64,000 nucleotides of DNA, taken from Eledone cirrhosa (Eukaryota). The notes below the pieces were generated by a model. It was not told the origin of the DNA and did no database searches. It saw only the letters and a program-made list of their open reading frames with translations. A program made the translations under genes and the position numbers. The DNA lies in NCBI GenBank assembly GCA_964016885.1, contig OZ024742.1:20956001-21020000 (forward strand), in the 5' to 3' direction. Shown here in pieces: positions 12,314-25,716 of the stretch; the first letter of the stretch is position 1; each line of letters begins with the position of its first letter.

Positions 12314-15300
12314 ATGGATGTGTTAAGAGTAGGATGTTTGAATGCACGTGGCCTGGGCTCAACTTGGAAGCAAGCAAAGCTTCTAAATGACCTCAGGTCA
12401 TGTGGCATAAATGTAATGGTTATCTGTGAGACTCGGATCAGCGTCGTGCGGCAGCTGGCCCCTACCTTCGATGACTTTGAGGTGCATGCATCTCTCTGTC
12501 AACCTGGAGGTGGGGATGGGGTTGTCGTACTGCTGGAAAAACACCTGGGTCTCGCTGTACAGGTTGTTCACTCAGACCAGGAGGGTCGTTTGTTGGTGCT
12601 AGACGTTGGCAGTAGTGAAGGTGCGGCCTTGAGACTGATCGCCGTCTACTCCCCTTTCGGAGCTGAACGGCCCGACTTCTTCAAGCGTTTGGAGACTTTT
12701 CTGGGAACGTCGCGTTCCCTGCTTCTAGCGGGGGATTGGAATGACATCCTAGATGCACGTTGTGACTATGCAGGAGCATGTCCTAATATAGGGGGGGTGC
12801 AACAGCCTCAAGGGGTTACTCGACCGTTTTAACTTGGCGATAGATATCGACTAGATTTTCTAACTGTGCCAACCTGGACTTGGACGAACCATAGTTGTCA
12901 ATCTAGATCGTACTTAGATAGATTCTTAGTTAGAAGTAAGGATAGGGACATATTAAGCTGTCCAGAAATGCTCACGGTTGGCTATACGGATAACAAATTG
13001 GTGACCTGCGTAGTCAATCTCGAGAAAACACATAAACAGGGTTCCGGTTACTGGAAACTTAATTTGTCTTTACCGGCAAAAGAGACTTACAGAAACCGGA
13101 TTAGCAGATTAGTTAAGGAGAGGTTGACGGGTGCAATCGTCAACAACCGATGGTGGGCATCTCTCAAAAGAGAGATTAGAACAGAATCAATAAGTTATAG
13201 AAAGATGTTAGCTGCCGATAGGAATAGAAACGAGAAAGAATTAACAGGTAAATTAGAAGAGGCAATCAAGAGCGAAGATGTGGCCAGAGTGCTGGCATCG
13301 AGGACGGCCTTGAACCAGTTTTTCGATGCAAAGAATGAAGGCTGCGTCATTCGAAGTAAAATATGTGCTCTAGGTAATGAGGGGGCCAAAGCCGCTGGCT
13401 GGGCCCGCGTGACAGAAGCTAAGAGTGGAAATCGATCCACCATCCGGTCTTTGCAAGACGAGGATGGACGGGTGATCCAGGAGCCTAAGCAGATGTGCGA
13501 GGCCTTTCAAAAGCACTTTGCCCGATTATTCGGGGGAGGCGAGGGTCCGGGCGGAGACGTGGATTTCGGTCCATACCTCGACGGCCTGCCACGTCTCTAG
13601 AGCGAAGAGGCAGAGTCCTGCGAGGGACCAATATCTGCTGATGAGATCGGGGATGCGCTGAGCCAATGCAGCAGACGCAAATCTCCAGGTCTCGATGGTA
13701 TACCTTACGAACTTTATTTAGCAATGCCGGTGTTCTTCTCCGAACTCCTCGAAGCGGTCTACTGCAATTGGCAGCAGAACGGGAGAATTCCTTGTTCTGT
13801 AGCCAAGGGCGTAGTCTCGCTGGTGAGGAAGGACGAGAAAAAGGGGGATAATATAAATAATTTTAGGCCCATAACCCTGCTAAACACAGAGTTAAAGATT
13901 GTGGCCAAGGTGTTAGCAAAGAGGTTGGCGCTTGTCGTGGGAGGCCTGGTGGGAGATACGCAGACAAGTGCTATCCCATCCAGGTCCATTCACGATAACC
14001 TGCACCTCATGCGATACATCATAGAGAGGGTTGGTAACAAACCCGGCTTCGGTGGGGCCCTGATCAACTTGGATCAGTCTAAGGCCTTCGATAGGGTCGA
14101 CCATGGTTACCTGGATGCGGTGCTAGCGGCGGCTGGGTTCGGTCCTGTTTTCAGAGGCTGGATCACTGCCTTACATAGCAACCACATCTGTTCTAGGATC
14201 AAGGTGAACGGCTACCTTTCGAAGCCGTTCGAAATCACACGATCCATTCGACAGGGGTGCCCTCTCTCCTCCCTTCTGTACGTATTGACTCTCGAGCCTT
14301 TACTGAGGAAGTTGGAGTTGTTGCAGGGTATCCCCCTGGAACCAGGATTGAGCAAAGCGGTGTCGGCCTACGCCGATGACGTAACAGTAATGGTATCGAC
14401 CGACTCGGAGATCGAGGCGATGGGTACCTTACTGGAGGATTACGAAAGGTTGTCAGGAGCGAAACTGAACCGGGAAAAATCCATCGGGCTGCAACTCGGA
14501 ACGTGGAGAGGCAGACCGATGCCTCCCGACGGTGTCGTAGGACACTGGACGGAGGGCCCGGTGAAGTTGCTTGGGGTCTGGTTTGGACCGGACCTCCAGG
14601 TGTAAAAGAACTGGAACGAGGTTACGAACAAGGTGTTTGCACTAACCCAGAAATGGGCCAAGTGTAAGCTGTCCCTAAAAGGTCGGGCGGAGGTGGCGAA
14701 CATTTACATAGCGTCCGTCACTTACTACCGCCTGACTGTCTTCCCTTGCCCTAAGGAAACACTCACCACCATGGAACGCATGCTCTTCCAATTTCTTTGG
14801 AAGAAGCGCCCTCCTATGGTGAGAAGATCCATCTGCTGCCAACAACCTTCGAAAGGAGGGCTGGGGATGCTGTGGTTGATAATGCGTAGGCACGCATTAA
14901 GACTACGACACCTACAGGTATTCCTCACTTGTCAACCGGTGTGGGCTCCGTTCGTGAAACGAGCCTTTCCGAGACTCGTCTCGCTCACCGAGCTGCAGTC
15001 CTGGGTCAAGCAAAGATCCGGAAAACTGGGAGACTGGCACACTGAGTGTGTCCAGGCGCTCAGGGCTCTCTGGCAAGCGGGCCAGGCCATCGGTGGAGAA
15101 TCCACCTCATCATTCTATAGAGGGCTGGTGGCTAGCAGGGGCGATGACACCCTTGGAGAGTCGCTGGACATGGAAGACGACGAACTGGCCAGCTTGTTCG
15201 GTAGGACTTTCGGCCCGGGACCAATGGACAACTTCCAGAAGTCATTAGCCTGGCAGTGCTACCGGGGGGCTCTACCCGTTCAAGAGAGGCTCTACAGACA

Positions 15301-15751
15301 CGGGCGCCCGGGTAGGGATCCCACGAAAAAGATTTGCCCTAGATGCGTGCGTCACGAAGAAACCGTTGCGCACGCATTGGTGCAATGTCCGGTCGTGGCT
15401 GATCTGTGGGGCTACGCCGAACGACTGCTGTCGCGGGTGGCGCCAATTCGATTGACCGCCGAGTCCGTGATGACAATCAAACCGCCTCCCCTCTTCACAA
15501 AGGAAGCAAAGGCGGTTTTTCTGTGCGTAATAGCCATGTTGAAAGAGGTTGTTTGGTGGACACGATTGAAAGGTCTGAGGTCAGGCAACTTCCTCTCTGG
15601 CCATAGTCTGGTCTACTTCTTCCGATATCACTTCGGAAGAAGGATAAGAATGGAGAGAGAGGTGCTTGGCCACAGGCAGTTTTATGAAAGGTGGGTGATA
15701 GTGGCGAGAATGGCTCGTGTAAATGGGCCTTCTCTGTATACCATCCTGTAG
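12314..15751 (+). pseudogene. Tx1-like ORF2: AP endonuclease, reverse transcriptase and C-terminal zinc finger, disrupted
   Basis: APE motifs LNARGL, ICET, AGDWN, SYLDRF, WKLN. RT motifs FRPITLLN, LDQSKAFDRVDH, IRQGCPLS, YADD. Zinc finger CPRC...ETVAHAL..C. Split into four same-frame ORFs by stops and compensating indels. Confidence 0.92.
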
Positions 15752-15979
15752 GTAAAGAAGTGAAGGAGAGAGGAGCACCTCCTCCATGTGCTCCCCGGGC
15801 AAAGGATTGCACACTTTTTCGGGGGTGTGTGCAACCCCCATCACGTCCCCTCCCTTTTGAGGTTGTTTTCGATTATTTTCATTTCATACCCTTTTTACTC
15901 GATTGTATGTAAACTCCCCCTTTGTATTTGTCCCTTCTTTTTATGCCTTTATGGTAAATAAAGAAATATATCTATCTAT

Positions 15980-16955
15980 CCGAGTGTGCCCAGGCGCTCA
16001 CGGCTCTCTGGCAGGCGGACCCGGCTGTCAGTGGAGAATCCACCTCGTCATTCTATAGAGGGCTGGTGGTTAGCAGGTGCGACGACGCCCTCGGAGAAGC
16101 CCTAGGCATGGAGGAAGACGAACTGGCCAACCTGTTCGGTAGGACATTCAGCCCGGGACCCATGGATATCTTCCAGAGGTCCCTGGCCTGGCAATGCTAC
16201 AGATGGGCTCTGCCCGTTCGAGAAAGGCTCTACAGACACGGGCGCCCGGGTAGGGACCCCTCGAAAAAGATCTGTCCCAGATGCGTGTGCGACGAGGAAA
16301 CTGTTGCACACGCATTGGTACACTGCTCGGGCATTGCCGATCTGTGGGGCTATGTCGAACAACTCCTGTGAAGGGTGGGACCGATCCGGTTGACCACCGA
16401 GTCTATTGTAACGATCAAGCCGCCTCCCCTCTTCAAAAACGAAGAAGAGGCGGTGTTTCTGTGCGTAATAGCCATGGCGAAAGAGGTTCTATGGTGGACG
16501 CGTCTGAAAGCACTGAGGTCAGACACCTTTCTCTCTGGCCAACAACTGGTTCGCTTCTTCCGATATCATTTCGGAAGAAGGATCAGGATGGAGAGAGAGG
16601 TGCTGCACCCCAGCCGTTTTTATGAAAGATGGCTGAAAGTGGCTAGAATGGCCCGTGTGAATGGGCCTTCAGTCTACATCAGACTATAGGTGAGGAAGAT
16701 GAAAGACCAAGGGAGCACCCCTTCTCTGTGCTCCCGAGGAAAAGGGTTGCACACTTTTTTTCGGGGGTGTGTGCGACCCCCCAAGGCGCCTCCTCTCTAT
16801 TGAGGACTTTGTTATAAATTTTATTTTTTGTTATATTTTATTTTATTTTATATATTGTTATTGCCTCCTCCTTATTGAGGACGCCTTGTTTTGTAAACTC
16901 CCCCCATTGTACTTGTCCCACTTTTGATGCCCTGGTGGCAAATAAAAGGAACATA
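15980..16955 (+). mobile_element. 5'-truncated, diverged second Tx1-like copy (ORF2 C-terminus and 3' UTR)
   Basis: ORFs 16066-16371 and 16375-16689 parallel the end of 14633-15751. Ends AATAAA followed by (TATC)n. Confidence 0.9.
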
Positions 16956-16983
16956 TCTATCTATCTATCTATCTATCTATCAA

Positions 16984-17043
<60 letters not shown>

Positions 17044-17138
17044 TTTTGAGTTTATGTTGGTTGTATACCAACACCTAAGTATGCACGCTGGAGCACTCGA
17101 CGAAGTGCGCAGGTTGGTTTGGTTGGTGCGGAGTAGTG

Positions 17139-17492
17139 TAAAATAAAGTTAAATAAAAAGTCAAATGATTTAAATTTAGCTTCGTTTATTACTGCTACAT
17201 ATATTTCAGTGACAGCCATCTTTGGCTGTGACCTCTTCAGGCAGTTTGAATTAGTATGGTATAGACAAGTACATATGTTGATTCCAGTTCCTCAGTGAAA
17301 TAACAACCCAAACAGGAACTGGGCATATCAGAGTATTGACAATATTATACACCTCAACAACATATGTACTTGTCTATACCATACTAATTCAAACTGCCTG
17401 AAGATGTCACAGCCAAAGATGGCTGTCACTGAAATATATATAGCAGTAATAAACGAAGCTAAATTTTAATCATTTGACTTTTTATTTAACTT

Positions 17493-17500
<8 letters not shown>
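17139..17500. mobile_element. Fold-back element (~140-bp arms) with a hammerhead in each arm
   Basis: 17139-17280 is the reverse complement of ~17358-17500. Plus-strand HHR 17393-17447: actgc CTGAAGA [cagcca aaga tggctg] GAAA tatata TA gcagt. Minus-strand copy at 17191-17245. Confidence 0.8.
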
Positions 17501-17545
<45 letters not shown>

Positions 17546-17600
17546 CGTGGGAAAGTAAGAAATCGGAGAATAGACAGTTAAAACATGTTTATTTAAAACA

Positions 17601-17640
17601 GCACCTACGTACGTTTCGCCCAGTTGGGCTTCTCAAGGGC
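17601..17640 (-). ncRNA. Type-I hammerhead ribozyme, U3-A8 core variant
   Basis: Minus strand: gccc TTGAGAA gccca ac tgggc GAAA cgtacg TA ggtgc. Helix III is the palindrome ACGUACGU. AATAAA lies downstream. Confidence 0.7.
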
Positions 17641-17753
17641 ATAAATAATCAAAAGTGTTCCTTACATTGCTCGGAAAGAGTTTTGGGGGTTAAATCCACG
17701 TCAAGGTTCATTGCTCGCAAAAATAGATTGTTTTGATTCTGCAGGAGGTCCTG

Positions 17754-17779
<26 letters not shown>

Positions 17780-17787
<8 letters not shown>

Positions 17788-19170
17788 CAGTATACAGAGG
17801 TATATATGATCTGTAATATAGAGTTATATATATAACACTATATAGAGGTATATATATAACACTATATAGAGGTATATATTCAGTATATAGCGGTATATAT
17901 AACATGTAATATAGGGATATATATACAGTATATAGAGGTATATATAACATGTAATATAGGGAGATATATACAGTATACAGAGGTATATATAACATGTAAT
18001 ATAGGGATATATATACAGTATATAGAGGTATATATAACATGTAATATAGTGATATATATGCAGTATATAGAGGTATATATAACATGTAATATAGTGATAT
18101 ATATACAGTATATAGTGGTATATATGATCTGTAATATAGTGATATATATACAGTATATAGTGGTATATATGATCTGTAATATAGTGATATATATACAGTA
18201 TATAGCGGTATATATAACATGTAATATAGTGAAATATATACAGTATATAGCGGTATATATGATCTGTAATATAGTGATATATATACAGTATATAGAGGTA
18301 TATATAACATGTAATATAGTGAAATATATACAGTATATATGGGTATATATAACATGTAATATAGGGATATATATACAGTATATAGCGGTATATATAACAT
18401 GTAATATAGGGATATATATACAGTATATAGAGGTATATATAACATGTAATATAGGGAGATATATACAGCATATAGAGGTATATATAACATGTAATATAGG
18501 GATATATATACAGTATATATAGGTATATATAACATGTAATATAGTGATATATATGCAGTATATAGCGGTATATATAACATGTAATATAGTGATATATATA
18601 CAGTATATAGTGGTATATATGATCTGTAATATAGTGATATATATACAGTATATAGTAGTATATATGATCTGTAATATAGTGATATATATACAGTATATAG
18701 CGGTATATATAACATGTAATATAGTGAAATATATACAGTATATAGCGGTATATATGATCTGTAATATAGTGATATATATACAGTATATAGAGGTATATAT
18801 AACATGTAATATAGTGAAATATATACAGTATATAGGGGTATATATAACATGTAATATAGGGATATATATACAGTATATAGCGGTATATATAACATGTAAT
18901 ATAGGGATATATATACAGTATATAGCGGTATATATAACATGTAATATAGGGATATATATACAGTTTATAGAGGTATATATAACCTGTACTATAGGGATAT
19001 ATACACAGTATATAGAGGTATATATAACATGTAATATAGGGATATATATACGGTATATAGAGGTATATATAACATGTAATGTAGGGATATATACACAGTA
19101 TATAGCGGTATATATAACATGTAATATAGGGATATATATACAGTATATAGAGGTATATATAACATGTAAT
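17780..19170. repeat. 45-bp minisatellite, about 30 units
   Basis: Unit cagtatatag(a/c/t)ggtatatataacatgtaatatag(g/t)gatatatata. Gives 15-aa periodicity in the ORF track. Confidence 0.95.
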
Positions 19171-19649
19171 AATGAATTTAAATACTGTAAAGCTACTAAG
19201 AATAAATTGTTAAAGAAAAAAAGCAATGAAAGAAAGTAATTTTTCAATTCTGCGAAAGCAGTACGGAATCCCATACCGTAGGTAAGTTTTCGGCTTGTTT
19301 TTATGCTGCAAAAGAAAGAACCTTTATTTTATGTTACAAAAAAGAAAGCCAGGACCTGAAAAGGCCCACAAAAACGTGAATTTCAAAGTCAGCAACATTT
19401 GTTTTCTTCTTGAGACTGTTCGTATCTGAGAAGGTTCATTTGTCAGTATGATGTTCTTAAGGTAGGGACTTACTGTATACTTTTTAAGAAATCTTATACG
19501 TAATCCTTTCTTTATGATACGGCAACGTATGTTACGATAGGTTATACTCCAATATTTCTGCAACTTCATTTATTATAAACTTGTTGATGTTTCTCATTTA
19601 TGCCATATTAACTAAACAGTGGAGTTCAGGCTGGTTTTACTATAGCGGC

Positions 19650-19795
19650 AATAATAATTTCTACTGTTGGCACAAGGCCAGCAATTTCCCAGTGCATTAC
19701 TGGTAATTTATTTTATCGACCCCGTAAGGATGAAAGGCAAAGTTAACTTCGGCGGGATTTGAACCCAGAACGTTAAGAGCCATTAATCTATCCTG
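19650..19795 (-). mobile_element. Family A SINE (partial)
   Basis: Conserved SINE core sequence. Confidence 0.7.
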
Positions 19796-20163
19796 CAAGT
19801 TCAATAACATTGTTGTTAACATTATATGTTTCGTGTCACCAACATGAAACTATATTTCCGCCCTTATCCTTAACATTTCTAAAGAGTTCAAAAGGTCAAA
19901 ATTCACTAAGACCTATATCAAATTAATAATATTATTGATATGATCATTATCATTTCTAACCAAACCGGAACAAACTGAGAATATGTCATCAGGAGAATAT
20001 AAGTTTAAAAAGAAATCTTCGGATAACGATACTGTATTAAGCTCATGTATTAATATTGTAAACTTAATATTATCTAAAATAAAGTAGATTAAAACAGCAA
20101 ATGATTCGTTAAACCTAAGAAAGTATCTGCCACAAATATAGATTTCAGGTTATATATATATAT

Positions 20164-20236
<73 letters not shown>

Positions 20237-21503
20237 CGTACAAATATACAAATGCATTTGAAATTAATCTTATAATATTATTTGTGTCCCGTGCAATATT
20301 AGATCCTTTTCTATTTTTAATCTTTCAAATTTTCAAATTGGATCAGTGCTGCAGATGATAGTATTGTGTAGTCACAGGTATCATTATCTGAATGTGTATT
20401 TTGTGATATTTGCCAACTATTCATGTATCGTTAAGCATGTAATACATATAATACATTTTGTTTCTTAAATCATGTACATTTGACATTTGTGTTTTCAGAA
20501 AACATTTCAAAATATTACACATGTTTTCTCTTAAAATATTCACAAGCAACGTATATTGTCATTTAAATTAGGCGCATCGCATATGAGCAATTCTACCTAT
20601 AGCATTGATTTGGTATGTTCAATCTGCTATAAACACTAGACTAAAATTTATAAAATACTATTATTTACGTTAAATATTTAATGTTTCTACATGGATATAC
20701 ATACATAGGTCATTGTAACATTATATAGCTCATGGTTTTACTTATTCTATCTTTCACTTTGTTGCACATATGTTGAGTGGCGAGTTAAAGTTATGTAACG
20801 ACTTAGAAAATTATCTGATTAAATGTTTATCAAAGAATGGATATTGCAAAATAATTAAACAAAACATAGACATAATTTCCGCCATTCCATTTCTGTTCCA
20901 GTTTAAGACTAATCGCCTGATTTCAATCATTGATGATTTTGCAAATATTTTAATATCTACATTGGAGAATAATGTTCCTAATCAGAGTAGGAAGAAGATA
21001 AATTATCTAATTAGAAGCCATAAAATGTTATAAAACTTATTTAAATCAGTAATCATTTAGTCGTTATTAAAACTCAAGTATATAATCGTCCAGTTCAACA
21101 ACAGCTACTTGATTAAATAACATTAAATATAAAATTAAGACAGAAACTACCCTCGTACCAGAGGCCGTTCGACAGAGATTTTAGTCCACGCAGTATCAGA
21201 CGTATGATAAAGTTTACCTATAACAGTTCTTTGCACAACCTTACGCCTAAAACAAAACGCATCGAGCCTAAACAAATCAAAATATGAGACAAAATAAAAT
21301 TATTGAGTTAAATAAAATTAAAAATAAAACACAAGACCAAAAAGCCGTTCGAACCAATAAACTTTCAACGGGAACTTAGTCCGTACAATAAAAGAGAGAA
21401 AATAGTATATATATTATTATTCCTTACACATAATATATATATATAATTATTTCTTACACACAATATATATATATATGATTATTTCTTACACACACACATA
21501 CAC

Positions 21504-21578
<75 letters not shown>

Positions 21579-21622
21579 AAAGAAAGATCCGAAGGCATGG
21601 TATAGATTTCCAATCATTTTAA

Positions 21623-21696
21623 TCACGACACATGTTTCAATAAGAGATAGATCGATCGTGCGGCCATAATCGATTATCCCTGATCTCGTCAGGTGA
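21623..21696 (-). ncRNA. Type-I hammerhead ribozyme next to a (TA)n tract
   Basis: Minus strand: tcac CTGACGA gatcagggataatcgat...atcgatctatctcttatt GAAA catgtg TC gtga. Confidence 0.7.
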
Positions 21697-22111
21697 AAAT
21701 GAATTGTCTTCAAATCCTTGATATGAGGGAGAAAATTTAACGAGTTCACTCACTAGAGTTTTGTCCCCCATATGAAGATTAAGCAGCCAAAACACGCCGG
21801 CTGCTATCGTCCTCAGTTAGGGTCATAAAACTATCAAGTCTCTATCTCTCAATAGCTGTAAAAGACCCTTGACGGGTCTAATCTCAACATCAAAACTTTA
21901 TGATTACAGTCGGTCACAGTTAGTGTGGATGAGTACACACACACTCACACACACCGACGCGAGGTCGAAGAAAAGAATATATATATAAACCAACATAGTG
22001 TTCACCGAAAGTTAGTTTACAAAACAACAAAAGTTATATTGGTCAAATCTCCATTTGACGATGTAAATTGTAGAAATTGTGTCAACCGCAACCCTATGCA
22101 CACGCAAATAA

Positions 22112-22807
22112 ATTCAGTTCAATGTTCTGCTATACGTGTATCGATTGAATTGTAAATAGTGTATGTTTTGGTATATACACATCCGTATCGTTCTTTATAC
22201 ATGACTCTACGCTCTTTATACATGACTCTACATACAGTACCCGGTTTCTTTAGACACGGAGTTCCCACAGTTATGACTGGTCACGATTCTATCAATTGAA
22301 CACTACACTAGATTTTGATCCGTGATCATCTAACAATTAGAGTGCTCAAGGTTACTGATTGGACAATATAACTTACACACCATTAATGGGCTTACACACA
22401 TCCTCGGGTTTTTGCTATTCTTTTTTATTTTATTTAAATTTAATTTAATTTTATTTTATTTCTGTGTTGGGTAACACACCTCCACCACTCAAACACCTAA
22501 TTTAAAAGCCCAAGGGCCCATATGACGGGAAAACGCACATACTGACACCTAAACTCAAATACGCAACCCTACACAGAGCCCCTTGGTGGCCTACATGGTG
22601 GTTGCTTGCACACACTGATTTTGGGACACCGATTCTCAATCGGACAACGGCACATACAGAGTTCGATATGAGCGGACTACTTGCTCTTCACACGGATGTG
22701 TATATACCAAAACATCCACTTTTTTAGAGGATACGGATGTGTATATACCAAAACATACACTATTTAAAATTCAATCGATACACGTATAGCAGAACATTGA
22801 ACTGAAT
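22112..22807. repeat. Inverted repeat with ~77-bp arms and ~540-bp spacer (MITE-like or fold-back)
   Basis: 22112-22189 is the reverse complement of 22730-22807. A 24-bp partial duplicate lies at 22692-22715. Confidence 0.8.
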
Positions 22808-23023
22808 AATTATTCCTTGCACACACAGTATATATATAATTATTTCACTTATTTCTATTTCTAAAAGATATTCCAGGTTTTGAAAAAGAAATGAGTCTCT
22901 GTTATATATATATATATATATATATACATAATTATTCCTTGCACACACAGTATATATATAATTATTTCACTTATTTCTATTTCTAAAAGATATTCCAGAT
23001 TTTGAAAAAGAAATGAGTCTCTG

Positions 23024-23071
<48 letters not shown>

Positions 23072-23077
<6 letters not shown>

Positions 23078-23279
23078 GAATAGCTTTCACCGTATTTTTG
23101 ACTAAAGGAATGTTAGCCTGATAATGGGGTTTAGAACCCTCAGATAAATGGAAAAAGATGAGTATTTACGTCCCATTAACGTCAATACTCATCTTTTTCC
23201 ATTTATCTGAGGGTTCTAAACCCCATTATCAGGCTAAAATGCCTTTAGTCAAAAATACGGTGAAAGCTATTCTATTTTC
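23072..23279. repeat. Near-perfect hairpin with ~95-bp arms
   Basis: gaatagctttcaccgtatttttgactaaagg...gagtatt / aatactc...cctttagtcaaaaatacggtgaaagctattc, adjacent to (TA)n. Confidence 0.85.
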
Positions 23280-23332
23280 TAATTTCAAACGTGCTCACTG
23301 TTTCAAAACATATTTACTATATATATATATAT

Positions 23333-24356
23333 ATAACACAGAAATTGTGGTAAGGAACCAGATGGACCATAACGCACCAGAGTACTCAATACTTCGGATA
23401 GTAGAGTGGGAAATAGGAAAAAGTATGACCCCGACGGCAGCGCTCAAGCCATTTCGACGGCTATTTCTGGACTAAATTATAATGTTTAGCCTGGTGAATA
23501 AATAGCCGAACTTGTCAAGGGGGTACTTCCTTATATGGGAAGATTGTAGTAGTCAAGAGGATTGGTTAAAATTTGTTGTAAACTCAAATAAGTCTATCAT
23601 GGCATTTGGTGGGAGGTAGGGGTGGCTGAACTTGCTTGTAGAACAATAGAGGGGGTGTGAGTGGAGTCAGTCAAGTGTTGAAGGTGATATGTATACAGCA
23701 GATTCTAAGGATAGTGTATGAAGTGGAGGAGGGAGGTTATAGAATAGGTAAATCGAATGAGAGTAAAAGATAATTGTTTCTACTTTAGGCACAAGGCCAG
23801 CAAATACCCAGTGCATTACTGGTACTTTATTTTATCGACCCCCGTAAGGATGAAAGGCAAAGTTAACCTCGACGGGATTTGAACTCAGATTGTAAAGGGA
23901 CGTAACTATGCTGGAAAGCATGGCGTCCGGCTCTCTACCGATACTGCCAATCCAAGATAATAGAAAGAAATAATAATTTTTTTTATTTATTTCTATTATC
24001 TTGTATTGTCTCCTACTCTCATTCGATTTACCTATTCTATAACCCCCGTCCTCCACTTCATACACTATCCTTAGAATCTGTTGTATACATATCACCTTCA
24101 ATGCTTGACCGCTCCACTCACTCCGCTATTGTTCTACAGGCAGGTTCAGCCACCCCTACCTCCCACCAAATGCCATGATAGACTTATTTGTGTTTACAAC
24201 AAATTTTAACCAATCCTCTTGACAATTACAATCTTCCCATATAAGGAAATACCCCTTTGACAAGTTCGGCTATTTATTCACTAGGCTAAAAATTCTAATT
24301 TAGTCCAGAAATAGCGTCGAAACGCCTTGAGCTCTGCCGTCGGGGTCATACGTTTT

Positions 24357-24360
<4 letters not shown>
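23333..24360. mobile_element. Fold-back Penelope-like terminal element (~350-bp arms) with a hammerhead per arm and a SINE at the centre
   Basis: ~23418-23770 mirrors ~24010-24358. HHR consensus: acccc TTGACAA g..cggctattt...aaatagccgtc GAAA cggc...gccg TC ggggt (minus 23428-23524, plus 24251-24346). Family A SINE at ~23770-23952. Confidence 0.8.
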
Positions 24361-24396
<36 letters not shown>

Positions 24397-25618
24397 TAAA
24401 ATTTATATCTTTCGCCATAAAAATGTGCGTTCTAATAATGTAGGTATAGTTGACCAAGTCCACATATTCTCTCGTAAAAGCCTGTATTGAATAATCTTTC
24501 ATTGTTTTGTAGATGTTAGCAAGCTGAGATTGTTTAGCGTGTTGTATGTTGATATCATTTATTATGACTTGTCATGTTGAGTTATGGTCGAAAACTTATA
24601 TTGTGAATAAAGTTATTCTTTCTCATCTTGCTCTACGTCAGAATTTTGACACGAAGAATATGTTTGTTTAGCCTCTCTCATATTATTATTTCATTTCAGA
24701 TGCATGTCTGTTTCAGGTTTCCTAACAATATAACAAAGGGAGCGTCTTTGACATTTTGTCATGCATCTACTTTGCAACATAATATTAATAAAGAAGGTAT
24801 ATGAAAATATCAGCACGCTAATTTGTATAAGGCACATTGAAAGCATTTCCAGTATTGTATGACTTATTGTATATATTTGTATGATGGCTTTGGAAAATCC
24901 ATAGCTATTTCCAATTAGATTTGGCTTCAAAATAATTTATGACTCAGACAAATAATTATGCCCCTCCGCACTGAAATCCCAGCCGGGTAAATGTTGTTTT
25001 TCATACTTTTTGTACCGATAAATAAAGTATCAGCTCTAAGTGTTCAATTGAGTAAACTGATAAAACCTCGGACGAGGCACGTGGCAGTATATCTTTTGAC
25101 ATTTTATCTTGCCAGTAGAAATTCCATGTTACTGTCTAATTGTTGCACATATCAACATTTACATTGTAGCGACTAGCGCCACCTTGCCCGGGGAGAAAAA
25201 ACTAATTGGAGTTACTTCCCGTTGAATTTGCCCTTCAAACGAGAATAGAAAATGTTATTGTTGTTGACAGCCCTGTTATTTTTTATGATTATCTTGTTAA
25301 ATAATTGTCAATTATGATAAAGAAACAATACAATTAAACGCGCTATCAATACTAAGCCATTTGATCGATTATATATGTGATGTATGCACATAGTATTAAC
25401 CATTTAATTAATCACAAAGCAGTGAATTAGCAGATTCCTTAAATTATCAGATAGAACTCTTTGAAACGTTTGTTCCTGCTCCTTCTGCTCAGTTAGATCA
25501 AATTCCACACATGTCATTTTGCCGCTCATCATTTCGAGATTGAGAAAAAAGGATCCCATCCCAGTAGCTATCCGGTACTTGGATAGATTCCTCCTCTACA
25601 TCTCTTTCTCAAATCAGC

Positions 25619-25716
<98 letters not shown>

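Larger units (their letters stand above)
10157..15968 (+). mobile_element. Near full-length L1/Tx1-clade non-LTR retrotransposon, inactivated
   Basis: 5' UTR, ORF1 with CCHC knuckle, ORF2 with APE-RT-zinc finger, 3' UTR ending AATAAA. Flanked by (TATC)n on both sides. Confidence 0.9.

Noticed and set aside
17708-19274. 410-464-aa repetitive ORFs
   Set aside because: Products of the 45-bp minisatellite. They are open on both strands with no protein-like composition.
23116-23145. Possible hammerhead core CTGATAA in the 23072 hairpin
   Set aside because: C3-A8 mismatch and no correctly placed GAAA box.
25172-25190. CTCF-like motif (tagcgccacct)
   Set aside because: A single short match with no supporting evidence.
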